Of a stretch of 64,000 nucleotides of DNA, positions 11,994-23,700 are shown in pieces. How positions within the stretch are numbered: the stretch's first letter is position 1; every line of letters begins with the position of its first letter. A program made the translations under genes and the position numbers. The notes under the pieces are model-generated. The model was not told where the DNA came from and did no database searches. It worked only from the letters and a program-made list of their open reading frames with translations. The stretch is from Antechinus flavipes (taxonomy: Eukaryota), in contig NC_067404.1 of assembly GCF_016432865.1 (NCBI RefSeq), positions 85,188,001-85,252,000 on the forward strand. Direction: 5' to 3'.

Positions 11994-14900
11994 GAGACAA
12001 GGAAAGAGAAAAAAGAGAAGTACAGAGGAGGGAGCAAGAGACAGATGCAGAGAGAAGGAAAGAGAGAAAGAAGGAAGGAGAGAAAAAAGAGAGATGTAGA
12101 GAGAAGGAAAGAGAAAGAGAAGAAAACAGATACAGAGGAAATGAAAGAGAAGGAAGGAGAAAGAGAGAGATGTAGAGAGAAGAAAAGGACAAGAGACAGA
12201 AGGAGGGAGCAAGATAAAGATCTAGAGAAAAAGAAAGAGAAATAGATGTAGAGAAGGAAATGCAGAAAGAGAGAAGGAAGGAGAGAAAAAAGAGATAGCG
12301 ATATAGAGAAAAGGAAAGAGAGAAGAAAACAGATAGATATATAGAGAAAATGAGAGGAGGGAGCAAGAGAGATGTATAGAGAAGGAAAGAGAGGAGAAAA
12401 AAGATGTAGAGAGGAGAAAAGAGAAAGAAAGAGAAGCAGAGAGGAGGGACCAAGAGAGAGATGCAGAGAGAAGGAAAGAGAAAGAGAGATGTGTAGAGAG
12501 GAGGAAAGAGAGAAGAGAAGGAAGGAGAGAAAAAGAAAGATAGAGGAAAGGAAAGAGAAAGAGAAGAAAACAGATAGATATGTAGAGAACATGAAAGAAG
12601 GAAAGAGAAAGAGATAGAAAGAGAAGGAAAGAGAAGAAAGAGAGATGGAGATGTAGAGAGAAGGAAAGAAAAAGAGAAGTAGAGAGGAGGGAACAAGAGA
12701 GAGATGCAGAGAGAAGAGAAGAAAAAAGAGAGATGTAGAGAAGAGGGAGCAAGAGAGATGTAGAGAGAAGGAAAGAGAAGAAAGAGAGAGAGAGATGTAG
12801 AGAGAAGGAAAGAGAAAGTGAGAAGTAGAGAGGAGGGAACAAGAAAGAGATGCAGAGAGAAGGAAAGAGAGGAGAAAAGAGATATAGAGAGGAAGAAAGA
12901 GAGACAGAGATGTAGAGAGAAGGAAATAGAGACAGATAGAAGGAAGTAGAGAGAGAGATGTAGAGAGAAGGAAAGAGAGAAGAGAAGGAAGGAGAGATAA
13001 AAGATATAGAAAAAAGGGAAGAGAAAGAGAAGAAAACAGATATGTAGAGAAAATGAAAGAGAAAGAAAGAGAAAGATTTAGAGAGAAGGAAAGAAGAAAG
13101 AGAGATAGAGATGTAGAGAGAAAGAAAGAGAAAGAGAAGTAGAGAGGAGGGAACAAGAGAGAGATGCAGAGAGAAGGAAAGAGAAAGAGAGATGTAGAGA
13201 AAAGGAAAGAGATGTAGAGAGAAGGAAGAGAGAAAAAAGAGAGAGATATAAAGAAAAGGAAAGAGAAAGAGAATAAAACAGATATGTAAAGAAAATGAAA
13301 AAGAAGGAAAGAGAAAGATGTAGAGAGAAGGAAAGAGAAGAAAGAGAGATAGAGATGTAGAGAGAAGGAAAGAGAAAGAGAGATGTGTAGAGAGGAGGAA
13401 AGAGAGAAGAGAAGGAAGGAGAGAAAAAGAAAGATAGAGGAAAGGAAAGAGAAAGAGAAGAAAACAGATAGATATGTAGAGAACATGAAAGAAGGAAAGA
13501 GAAAGAGATAGAAAGAGAAGGAAAGAGAAGAAAGAGAGATGGAGATGTAGAGAGAAGGAAAGAAAAAGAGAAGTAGAGAGGAGGGAACAAGAGAGAGATG
13601 CAGAGAGAAGAGAAGAAAAAAGAGAGATGTAGAGAAGAGGGAGCAAGAGAGATGTAGAGAGAAGGAAAGAGAAGAAAGAGAGAGAGAGATGTAGAGAGAA
13701 GGAAAGAGAAAGTGAGAAGTAGAGAGGAGGGAACAAGAAAGAGATGCAGAGAGAAGGAAAGAGAGGAGAAAAGAGATATAGAGAGGAAGAAAGAGAGACA
13801 GAGATGTAGAGAGAAGGAAATAGAGACAGATAGAAGGAAGTAGAGAGAGAGATGTAGAGAGAAGAAAAGGACAAGAGACAGAAGGAGGGAGCAAGATAAA
13901 GATCTAGAGAAAAAGAAAGAGAAATAGATGTAGAGAAGGAAATGCAGAAAGAGAGAAGGAAGGAGAGAAAAAAGAGAGATAGAGATGTAGAGAAAAGGAA
14001 AGAGAGAAGAAAACAGATAGATATATAGAGAAAATGAGAGGAGGGAGCAAGAGAGATGTATAGAGAAGGAAAGAGAGGAGAAAAAAGATGTAGAGAGGAG
14101 AAAAGAGAAAGAAAGAGAAGCAGAGAGGAGGGACCAAGAGAGAGATGCAGAGAGAAGGAAAGAGAAAGAGAGATGTGTAGAGAGGAGGAAAGAGAGAAGA
14201 GAAGGAAGGAGAGAAAAAGAAAGATAGAGGAAAGGAAAGAGAAAGAGAAGAAAACAGATAGATATGTAGAGAACATGAAAGAAGGAAAGAGAAAGAGATA
14301 GAAAGAGAAGGAAAGAGAAGAAAAGAGAGATGGAGATGTAGAGAGAAGGAAAGAAAAAGAGAAGTAGAGAGGAGGGAACAAGAGAGAGATGCAGAGAGAA
14401 GAGAAGAAAAAAGAGAGATGTAGAGAAGAGGGAGCAAGAGAGATGTAGAGAGAAGGAAAGAGAAGAAAAGAGAGAGAGAGATGTAGAGAGAAGGAAAGAG
14501 AAAGTGAGAAGTAGAGAGGAGGGAACAAGAAAGAGATGCAGAGAGAAGGAAAGAGAGGAGAAAAGAGATATAGAGAGGAAGAAAGAGAGACAGAGATGTA
14601 GAGAGAAGGAAATAGAGACAGATAGAAGGAAGTAGAGAGAGAGATGTAGAGAGAAGGAAAGAGAGAAGAGAAGGAAGGAGAGATAAAAGATATAGAAAAA
14701 AGGGAAGAGAAAGAGAAGAAAACAGATATGTAGAGAAAATGAAAGAGAAAGAAAGAGAAAGATTTAGAGAGAAGGAAAGAAGAAAAGAGAGATAGAGATG
14801 TAGAGAGAAAGAAAGAGAAAGAGAAGTAGAGAGGAGGGAACAAGAGAGAGATGCAGAGAGAAGGAAAGAGAAAGAGAGATGTAGAGAAAAGGAAAGAGAT

Positions 14901-17900
14901 GTAGAGAGAAGGAAGAAGAGAAAAAAGAGAGAGATATAAAGAAAAGGAAAGAGAAAGAGAATAAAACAGATATGTAAAGAAAATGAAAAAGAAGGAAAGA
15001 GAAAGATGTAGAGAGAAGGAAAGAGAAGAAAAGAGAGATAGAGATGTAGAGAGAAGGAAAGAGAAAGAGAGATGTGTAGAGAGGAGGAAAGAGAGAAGAG
15101 AAGGAAGGAGAGAAAAAGAAAGATAGAGGAAAGGAAAGAGAAAGAGAAGAAAACAGATAGATATGTAGAGAACATGAAAGAAGGAAAGAGAAGAGAGAGA
15201 AGAGAAGGAAAGAGAAGAAAAGAGAGATGGAGATGTAGAGAGAAGGAAAGAAAAAGAGAAGTAGAGAGGAGGGAACAAGAGAGAGATGCAGAGAGAAGAG
15301 AAGAAAAAAGAGAGATGTAGAGAAGAGGGAGCAAGAGAGATGTAGAGAGAAGGAAAGAGAAGAAAAGAGAGAGAGATGTAGAGAGAAGGAAAGAGAAAGT
15401 GAGAAGTAGAGAGGAGGGAACAAGAAAGAGATGCAGAGAGAAGGAAAGAGAGGAGAAAAGAGATATAGAGAGGAAGAAAGAGAGACAGAGATGTAGAGAG
15501 AAGGAAATAGAGACAGATAGAAGGAAGTAGAGAGAGAGATGTAGAGAGAAGGAAAGAGAGAAGAGAAGGAAGGAGAGATAAAAGATATAGAAAAAAGGGA
15601 AGAGAAAGAGAAGAAAACAGATATGTAGAGAAAATGAAAGAGAAAGAAAGAGAAAGATTTAGAGAGAAGGAAAGAAGAAAAGAGAGATAGAGATGTAGAG
15701 AGAAAGAAAGAGAAAGAGAAGTAGAGAGGAGGGAACAAGAGAGAGATGCAGAGAGAAGGAAAGAGAAAGAGAGATGTAGAGAAAAGGAAAGAGATGTAGA
15801 GAGAAGGAAGAAGAGAAAAAAGAGAGAGATATAAAGAAAAGGAAAGAGAAAGAGAATAAAACAGATATGTAAAGAAAATGAAAAAGAAGGAAAGAGAAAG
15901 ATGTAGAGAGAAGGAAAGAGAAGAAAAGAGAGATAGAGATGTAGAGAGAAGGAAAGAGAAAGAGAAGTAGAGAGGAGGGAACAAGAGAGAAGTAGAGAAG
16001 AGGGAACGAGAGATGCAGAGAGAAGGAAAGAGAAAAAAGAGACAGAGATATAGAGAAAGAAAGAGAAGAAAACACACATGTAGAGAAAATGAAAAAGAAG
16101 GAAAGAGAAAGATGTAGAGAGAAGGAAAGAGAAGAAAAGAGAGATGGAGATGTGGAGAGAAGGAAAGAGAAGAAAAGAGAGATGAAGATGTAGAGAGAAG
16201 GAAAGAGAAGAAAAGAGAGATGGAGATGTAGAGAAGAAGAGAAGTAGAGAGGAGGGAACAAGAGAAAGATGCAGAGAGAAGAGAAGAGAAAGAGAGATGT
16301 CGAGAAGAGGGAGCAAGAGAGAGCTGTAGAGAGAAGGAAATAGAGAAAAGAGAGATAGAGAAAAGGAAAAAGAGAGAAGAAAACAGAGATAGATATGTAG
16401 AGAAAATGAGAGAAGGAAAGAAAAGATAGAGATGTAGAGAGAAGGAAAGAGAAAGAGAGAAGGAAGGAGAGAAAAAAGATATAGAGAAAAGGAAAGAGAA
16501 AGAGAAGAAAACAAATATGTAGAGAAAATGAGAAGGAAAGAGAGAAAGAGATGTAGAGAGAAGGAAAGAGAAGAGAGAGATGTAGAGAGAAGGAAAGAGA
16601 AAGAAGTAGAGAGGAGGGAACAAGAAAGATGCAGAGAGAAGGAAAGAAAGGAGAAAAGAGATGTAGAGAGGAGGAAAGAGAGACAGAGATGTAGAGAGAA
16701 GGAAATAGAGATAGAAGGAAGGAGAGAAAGAGCGAGATGTAGAGAGAAAGAAAGAGGAAGAGAGAAGGAAGGAGAGAAAGAGACGTAGAGAGGAGAGAAA
16801 AGAGAGATATAGAGAGAAGGAAAGAGAGAAAAAAGATAAGTGATATAGAGAAAAGGAAAGAGAGGAGAAAACAGATATGTAGAGAAAATGAAAGAGAGAA
16901 GGAAAGAGAAAAGAGATAAAGAGAGAAGGAGGAAGCGAGAGAGAGATGTAGAGAGGAGGTGGCAAGAGAAATGTAGAGAGAAGGAAAGAGAGATGTAGAG
17001 AGAAGGAAATAGAGAAGGAAGGAGAGAAAAGAGAGATGTAAAGAAAAGGAAAGAGAGAAGAAAACAGATATATAGAGAAAATGAAAGAGAAGGAAAGAAA
17101 GAGATATAGAGAGAAGGAGGAAGCGAGAGAGAGATGTAGAGAGGAAGCGGCAAGAGAAATGTAGAGAGAAGGAAATAGAGAAAGAGAGAAGGAAGGAGAG
17201 AAAGAGAGAGAAAAGGAAAGAGAAGAAAACATGTAGCGAAAATGAGAGAAGGAAAGAGAAAAGAGATGTAGAGAGAAGGAAAGAGAAGAAAAGAGAGATA
17301 GAGATGTAGAGAGAAGGAAAGAGAGGAGAAAAGAGATGTAGAGAGGAGGAAAGAGAGACAGAGATGTAGAGAAGGAGATAGAGAAGGAAGGAGAGAAAGA
17401 GAAAGATGTAGAGAGAAGGAAATAGAGACAGAGAGAAGGAAGGAGAGAAAGAGAGATGTAGAGAGAAAGAAAGAGAGAAGGAAGGAGAGAAAAGATAAGA
17501 GATATAGAGAAAAGGAAAGAGAAAGAGAAGAAAACAGATATAGAGAAAATGAAAGAGAAGAAAAGAGAAAGAGAGATATAGAGAGGAGGGAGCGAGACAG
17601 ATGTAGAGAAGAGGAGGCAAGAGAAATGTAGAGAGAAGGAAAGAGATGTAGAGAGAAGGAAATAGAGAAAGAGAAGGAAGGAGAGAAAAAGAAAGAAGAA
17701 AGGAGAGAAAAAAGAGATGTAAAGAAAAGGAAAGAGAAAGAAGAAAACATGTAGAGAAAATGAAAGAGAAGGAAAGAGAAAGATGTAGAGAGAAGGAAAG
17801 AGAAGAAAAGAGAGCTAGAGATGTAGAGAGAAGGAAAGAAAGAAGTAGAGACGAGGAAACAAGAGAGAGATGCAGAGAGAAGGAAAGAGAAAGAGAGAGA

Positions 17901-20724
17901 TGTAGAGAGGAGGGAACAAGAGAACTGTAGGAAGGAAAGAGATGCAGAGAGGAGGGAAAGAGAGGAGGGAGAAATACAGAGAAGAAAATACAGATGTAGA
18001 GAGGAGGGAGCAAGAGAGATGTAGAGAAGAGGGAGTAAGAGAAACATAGAGAAAAGGAAAGAAAGAGATGTAGAGAAAAGGAAAGAGGGAAAGAAAAAAA
18101 GGATGTAGAGAGGAGGGAGCAAGAGAGCTGTAGAGAGGAGAGAGAAGAAAAGAGAGACAAATGTAGAGAAAAAGAAAAGAGAAGCAAAGAGTGAGAGATG
18201 TAGAGAGGAGGGAGCAAGNNNNNNNNNNNNNNNNNNNNNNNNNNNNNNNNNNNNNNNNNNNNNNNNNNNNNNNNNNNNNNNNNNNNNNNNNNNNNNNNNN
18301 NNNNNNNNNNNNNNNNNNNNNNNNNNNNNNNNNNNNNNNNNNNNNNNNNNNNNNNNNNNNNNNNNNNNNNNNNNNNNNNNNNNNNNNNNNNNNNNNNNNN
18401 NNNNNNNNNNNNNNNNNNNNNNNNNNNNNNNAAGGGCAGAAGACAAGAATCTCATCTTCAAGGAGAGGGTGATCCACAGTGTCCAAGGCTCCTGGGAGAG
18501 CGGGGCAAATGAGCCACAGGAGGAAAGGCCATTGCGCCGGGCAGCTTCAGAGAGGTGAGGATGGAGGCCAGACGGACACAAGAGTCCCAACACAAGGAAG
18601 AAGAGGTGAGCAAAAGCCTCCGACCAGTGCACACTCAAGCCAACCCCTCTCCTCCCCCCATTTTACAGAATAAGGAAAACAGGCCAGAATGTGCTTTGAG
18701 ATCCTCCCTTCCCAATTAGTTTCTCCTACTTGGTTCCAAGATGAGGATCCAGGTTCTTGGGTACTTAGGAGGACATGAAACCCAAGCTCTCCTGACTCCT
18801 GTGAACCCCCTCTTGATGCTACTGAATAGGGAACCCCAAGAGCCAATGCTGCTTGGGGCTCATCCTTGGGGCCCGGGAAGCTGAGGCCTGAGGGCACTTT
18901 GCAGCCACTTAAAAGTCTTCTCTTGAGCTCTGTGATCCCAGGAGCCCAGACTTAGCCCCAGAATGAATTTAAGGCTAGCCCCCAGTTTCCAGACGAGTGA
19001 ATGGGACCAGAAGGGAGGCGGAGGAAGTGACTTACATACTGGTTGTCCTCAATCTCCTGGAGGGCCTTGATCTCCCGCAGGGCCTGGTTGGGAATGCCGT
19101 CCTCCAGCCGTCGCAAGGCAACCTTCTTCAGAGCCACCGTCTCCCCCGTCTAGGAGAGAAAGACACCCCCAGACACAGAGCCTGAGGCAGGCAGGTAGGG
19201 CAACGGCAAGGCCGAGAAACCGGGTGGTTGTGCTTCAGTCACGTTCTAATCTTCACGACCCCATCGGGGGTTCTCCTGGCAGAGACTCTGGAGTGGATTG
19301 CCATTTCCTTCTCCAGCTCATTTGACAGGTGAGGAAACTGAGGCAGACAGAGTGAAGGGACTCGGCCAGGGTCACATGTCTGAGATCGAATTAGGACTCA
19401 GCAAGATGGGTCTTTCTGACTCCAGATCCAGCCCCATTAACTCAAGGAACCAGATCTCTGGCCACTCAAGCATTTGCTAAGGGCTTCATATATGACCCCA
19501 TATTATGAGGTCATGCCTACCCCCAGCACAACTCAGACAAAACCAGATTCACCCCTGTCCTCTCCGAGCTTACATTCTCTAAAGAAATGGGCATTTTGTG
19601 GCTGGCAAATGTCTACAATGTGAGCCTGGGTCACCTCGAGGGTAGAGAGCCACCTGGAGGGCTCGGGAAAGGCCCTGGGGAGGAAGGAGGGAGCCAGAGT
19701 TCCACCGAAGCACCGTCCCCAGAGGCCGGGGTGCGGCTCAGAGACAGACAAAGCCCAGCTCTTACTGGGCCTGAGAGGAAGGAGAGAGGGATGGGCTGTG
19801 GGAAAGGCTTGGAATGCCTGTGGGTTTTATATTAGATCCCGGAGGTAAGGAGAAACCACGCGTGCCAGGAGGGCGATGTGGTCAGACCTGCTCTGCAGGC
19901 TGAAGGGAGGATGGCCTGGAGGAGGAGGGAAAGCCCGGGGGTGGGCGGGCCATCGGTCTGGGTGGGAAGTGATCTCAAGGGCCTGCACCAGTGGGGGGCA
20001 GTGGGAGAGGAGAGATGCCGTCAGGCAGACATGACAAGATTGGCAAGTGACTGGAGGCCATCCAGCAATCAAGATGTTGAGAAGAATGGAGGGCGGGGAG
20101 AGCTGGGAAGCTCCCGGTGTCTGTTTTCTGCCCGTGGGGGTGCTTTGGAGGCCGGAGGGAATCCAGGGGTCAGAAGCCTGCTGTCCAGTAGCGGTTAAAG
20201 GGTACAAATCTACTATCCGAGATAGTGATGGCAGCCAGAGATGGCACTGAGCCAGCCACACGGGGATGAGGGCTGGATCCCAGAAATCACCAACCCAGAG
20301 AGAAGGAGAGGGCCCAGGCGACCCGCAGAGAGGGAGCCCTGGGACAAAAGGGAGAGAAGGCGACGGAAAGGCAGGGGAAGGGAGGGAAGAGGTCCAAAGG
20401 AGACGGGCATGAAATACCGAAGGGAGGAAATGAGAGTGAGACGCTGCCCAGAGAGCAAAGGACTGGAAAGAGAGGGAGCACGAAGGAGGCGAGGAAAGGA
20501 ACGCCAGAGGACGAAGATGAGCGCGAAGAGGCAGATCGCTGATAAAGACAGCCGAGGGAGTGGACAAGGGGGAATGGTGTGGGGGCACACTGGAGGGATT
20601 TCTTTAAGGGCAGCTGCTTGCTTCCTGCGTCATCCTGGTCCCCACTTACCTCCACATGCTTGGCCTTGAACACGATGCCATGGGCCCCTTCACCTATCCG
20701 GCCCAGGATGCTGTACTGGTCCAT
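6206..20724 (-). CDS. CDK20: Cyclin-dependent kinase 20 (CCRK), 8 coding exons, 346 aa
   Basis: Exons 20724-20650, 19149-19036, 10411-10223, 9982-9861, 9673-9611, 9496-9373, 9287-9132 and 6403-6206 (1041 nt), all GT-AG and in phase. Motifs: [55 protein letters not shown], and C-terminal [11 protein letters not shown]. Confidence 0.97.
8662..8915 (+). mobile_element. MAR1-type CORE-SINE
   Basis: tRNA-like head, CORE segment (ctgtgtgaccctaggcaagtcacttcaccctgtttgcctcag...catctgtaaaa) and RTE/Bov-B-like tail (gagctggagaaggaaa...gaaaacccc...gactgaaaaatgac). Confidence 0.7.
11590..11720 (+). mobile_element. MIR/CORE-SINE fragment
   Basis: gacctgaattcgaatccagcctcagacac...ggcaagtcac...gcctcggcttcctcaaatg. 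Confidence 0.55.
11880..18218. repeat. Array A: ~6.3 kb+ GA-rich tandem repeat with higher-order structure (CDK20 intron 2)
   Basis: Recurring core GATGTAGAGAGAAGGAAAGAG with variable GA spacers. An identical 81-aa ORF recurs at 12372 and 14056 (1684-bp period), and shorter ~0.9 kb recurrences are visible. The array runs into an assembly gap. Confidence 0.95.
18219..18431. other. Assembly gap (N run)
   Basis: 213 N bases; the true length of array A is therefore unknown. Confidence 0.99.
19225..19440 (-). mobile_element. MAR1-type CORE-SINE
   Basis: Reverse complement of the MAR1 tail and core (ttgccatttccttctccagctcatttgacaggtgaggaaactgaggcag). Confidence 0.65.
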
Positions 20725-20780
20725 GATCCAGCTTGTGGAATAAGGGTGCAAGCCTAGTGACTGCCTAGGCTTCCTTCAAC

Positions 20781-23700
20781 TTCCCTAGCACTTGGGGTCT
20801 CCCTTCTCTCTGATCCCCCCTTCTTAGCACTTGGGGTCTCCCTTCCCTCTCATCCCCCTCTAGTATTTGGGGTCTCCCTTCTCTCTCATCTTCCCTTCCC
20901 TAGCACTCAGGGTCTCCCTTCCCTAGCACTTGGGGTCTCCCTTCCCTCTGATCCCTCCTTCTTAGCACTAGGGGTCTCCCTTCTCTCTCATCCTCCCCTT
21001 CGTAACACTCAGGGTCTCCCTTCCCTAGCACTAGGGGTCTCCCTTCTCTCTCATCTTCCCCTTCCCTAGCACCTGGGGTCTCCCTTCCCTCTGATCCCTC
21101 CTTCTTAGCACTAGGGGTCTCCCTTCTCTCTCATCCTCCCCTTCCTAGCACTCAGGGTCTCCCTTCCCTAGCACCTGGGGTCTCCCTTCTCTCTGATCCC
21201 TCCTTCTTAGCACTAGGGGTCTCCCTTCTCTCTCATCCTCCCCTCCCTAGCACTCAGGGTCTCCTTTCCCTCTCATCCCGCTCTAGTACTTGGGGTCTCC
21301 CTTCTCTCTGATCCCTCCTTCTTAGCACTAGGGGTCTCCCTTCTCTCTCATCCTCCCCTTCCTAGCACTCAGGGTCTCCCTTCCCTAGCACCTGGGGTCT
21401 CCCTTCCCTCTGATCCTTCCTTCTTAGCACTAGGGGTCTCCCTTCTCTCTCATCTTCCCCTTCCCTAGCACCTGGGGTCGCCCTTCCCTCTGATCCCTCC
21501 TTCTTAGCACTAGGGGTCTCCCTTCTCTCTCATCCTCCCCTTCCTAGCACTCAGGGTCTCTCTTCCCTAGCACCTGGGGTCTCCCTTCCCTCTGATCCCT
21601 CCTTCTTAGCACTAGGGGTCTCCCTTCTCTCTCATCCTCCCCTCCCTAGCACTCAGGGTCTCCTTTCCCTCTCATCCCCCTCTAGTATTTGGGGTCTCCC
21701 TTCTCTCTCATCTTCCCTTCCCTAGCACTCAGGGTCTCCCTTCCCTAGCACTTGGGGTCTCCCTTCCCTCTGATCCCTCCTTCTTAGCACTAGGGGTCTC
21801 CCTTCTCTCTCATCCTCCCCTCCCTAGCACCTGGGGTCTCCCTTCACTCTGATCCCTCCTTCTTAGCACTAGGGGTCTCCCTTCTCTCTCATCCTCCCCT
21901 CCTTAGCACTCAGGGTCTCCTTTCCCTCTCATCCACCTCTAGTACTTGGGGTCTCCCTTCTCTCTGATCCCTCCTTCTTAGCACTAGGGGTCTCCCTTCT
22001 CTCTCATCCTCCCCTTCCTAGCACTCAGGGTCTCCCTTCCCTAGCACCTGGGGTCTCCCTTCCCTCTGATCTCTCCTTAGCACTAGGGGTCTCCCTTCTC
22101 CCTCATCCTCCCCTTCCTAGCACCTGGGATCTCCCTTCCCTCTGATCGTTCCTTCTTAGCACTAGGGGTCTCCCTTCTCTCTCATCTTCCCCTTCCCTCT
22201 GATCCCTCGTTCTTAGCACTAGGGGTCTCCCTTCTCTCTCATCCTCCCCTCCCTAGCACTCAGGGTCTCCTTTCCCTCTCATCCCCCTCTAGTACTTGGG
22301 GTCTCCCTTCTCTCTGATCCCTCGTTCTTAGCACTAGGGGTCTCCCTTCTCTCTCATCCTCCCCTCCCTAGCACTCAGGGTCTCCTTTCCCTCTCATCCC
22401 CCTCTAGTACTTGGGGTCTCCCTTCCCTCTGATCCCTCCTTCTTAGCACTAGGGGTCTCCCTTCTCTCTCATCCTCCCCTCCCTAGCACTCAGGGTCTCC
22501 TTTCCCTCTCATCCCCCTCTAGTACTTGGGGTCTCCCTTCTCTCTGATCCCTCTTTCTTAGCACTAGGGGTCTCCCTTCTCCCTCATCCTCCCCTTCCTA
22601 GCACCTGGGATCTCCCTTCCCTCTGATCGTTCCTTCTTAGCACTAGGGGTCTCCCTTCTCTCTCATCTTCCCCTTCCCTCTGATCCCTCGTTCTTAGCAC
22701 TAGGGGTCTCCCTTCTCTCTCATCCTCCCCTCCCTAGCACTCAGGGTCTCCTTTCCCTCTCATCCCCCTCTAGTACTTGGGGTCTCCCTTCTCTCTGATC
22801 CCTCTTTCTTAGCACTAGGGGTCTCCCTTCTCTCTCATCCTCCCCTCCCTAGCACTCAGGGTCTCCTTTCCCTCTCATCCCCCTCTAGTACTTGGGGTCT
22901 CCCTTCTCCCTGATCCCTCCTTCTTAGCACTAGGGGTCTCCCTTCTCTCTCATCTTCCCCTTCCCTCTGATCCCTCGTTCTTAGCACTAGGGGTCTCCCT
23001 TCTCTCTCATCCTCCCCTCCCTAGCACTCAGGGTCTCCTTTCCCTCTCATCCCCCTCTAGTACTTGGGGTCTCCCTTCTCCCTGATCCCTCCTTCTTAGC
23101 ACTAGGGGTCTCCCTCTCTCTCATCTTCCCCTTCCCTCTGATCCCTCGTTCTTAGCACTAGGGGTCTCCCTTCTCTCTCATCCTCCCCTCCCTAGCACTC
23201 AGGGTCTCCTTTCCCTCTCATCCCCCCTCTAGTACTTGGGGTCTCCCTTCTCTCTGATCCCTCCTTCTTAGCACTAGGGGTCTCCCTTCTCTCTCATCCT
23301 CCCCTTCCTAGCACTCAGGGTGTCCCTTCCCTAGCACCTGGGGTCTCCCTTCCCTCTGATCTCTCCTTCTTAGCACTAGGGGTCTCCCTTCTCTCTCATC
23401 TTCCCCTTCCCTAGCACCTGGGGTCTACCTTCCCTCTGATCCCTCCTTCTTAGCACTAGGGGTCTCCCTTCTCTCTCATCTTCCCCTTCCCTCTGATCCC
23501 TCCTTCTTAGCACTAGGGGTCTCCCTTCTCTCTCATCCTCCCCTCCCTAGCACTCAGGGTCTCCTTTCCCTCTCATCCCCCTCTAGTACTTGGGGTCTCC
23601 CTTCCCTCTGATCCCTCCTTCTTAGCACTAGGGGTCTCCCTTCTCTCTCATCCTCCCCTTCCTAGCACTCAGGGTCTCCCTTCCCTAGCACCTGGGGTCT

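Noticed and set aside
11807-18638. Very long minus-strand ORFs (up to 2138 aa) rich in S/L/F, and plus-strand R/E/K ORFs
   Set aside because: Artefacts of a CT-rich repeat that cannot form stop codons; they span an N gap and have no domain content.
18432-20250. ORF fragments DTVDHPLL (18432-18486) and the 253-aa ORF 19827-20588
   Set aside because: Best explained as degraded L2 remnants and low-complexity sequence in CDK20 introns, not genes.
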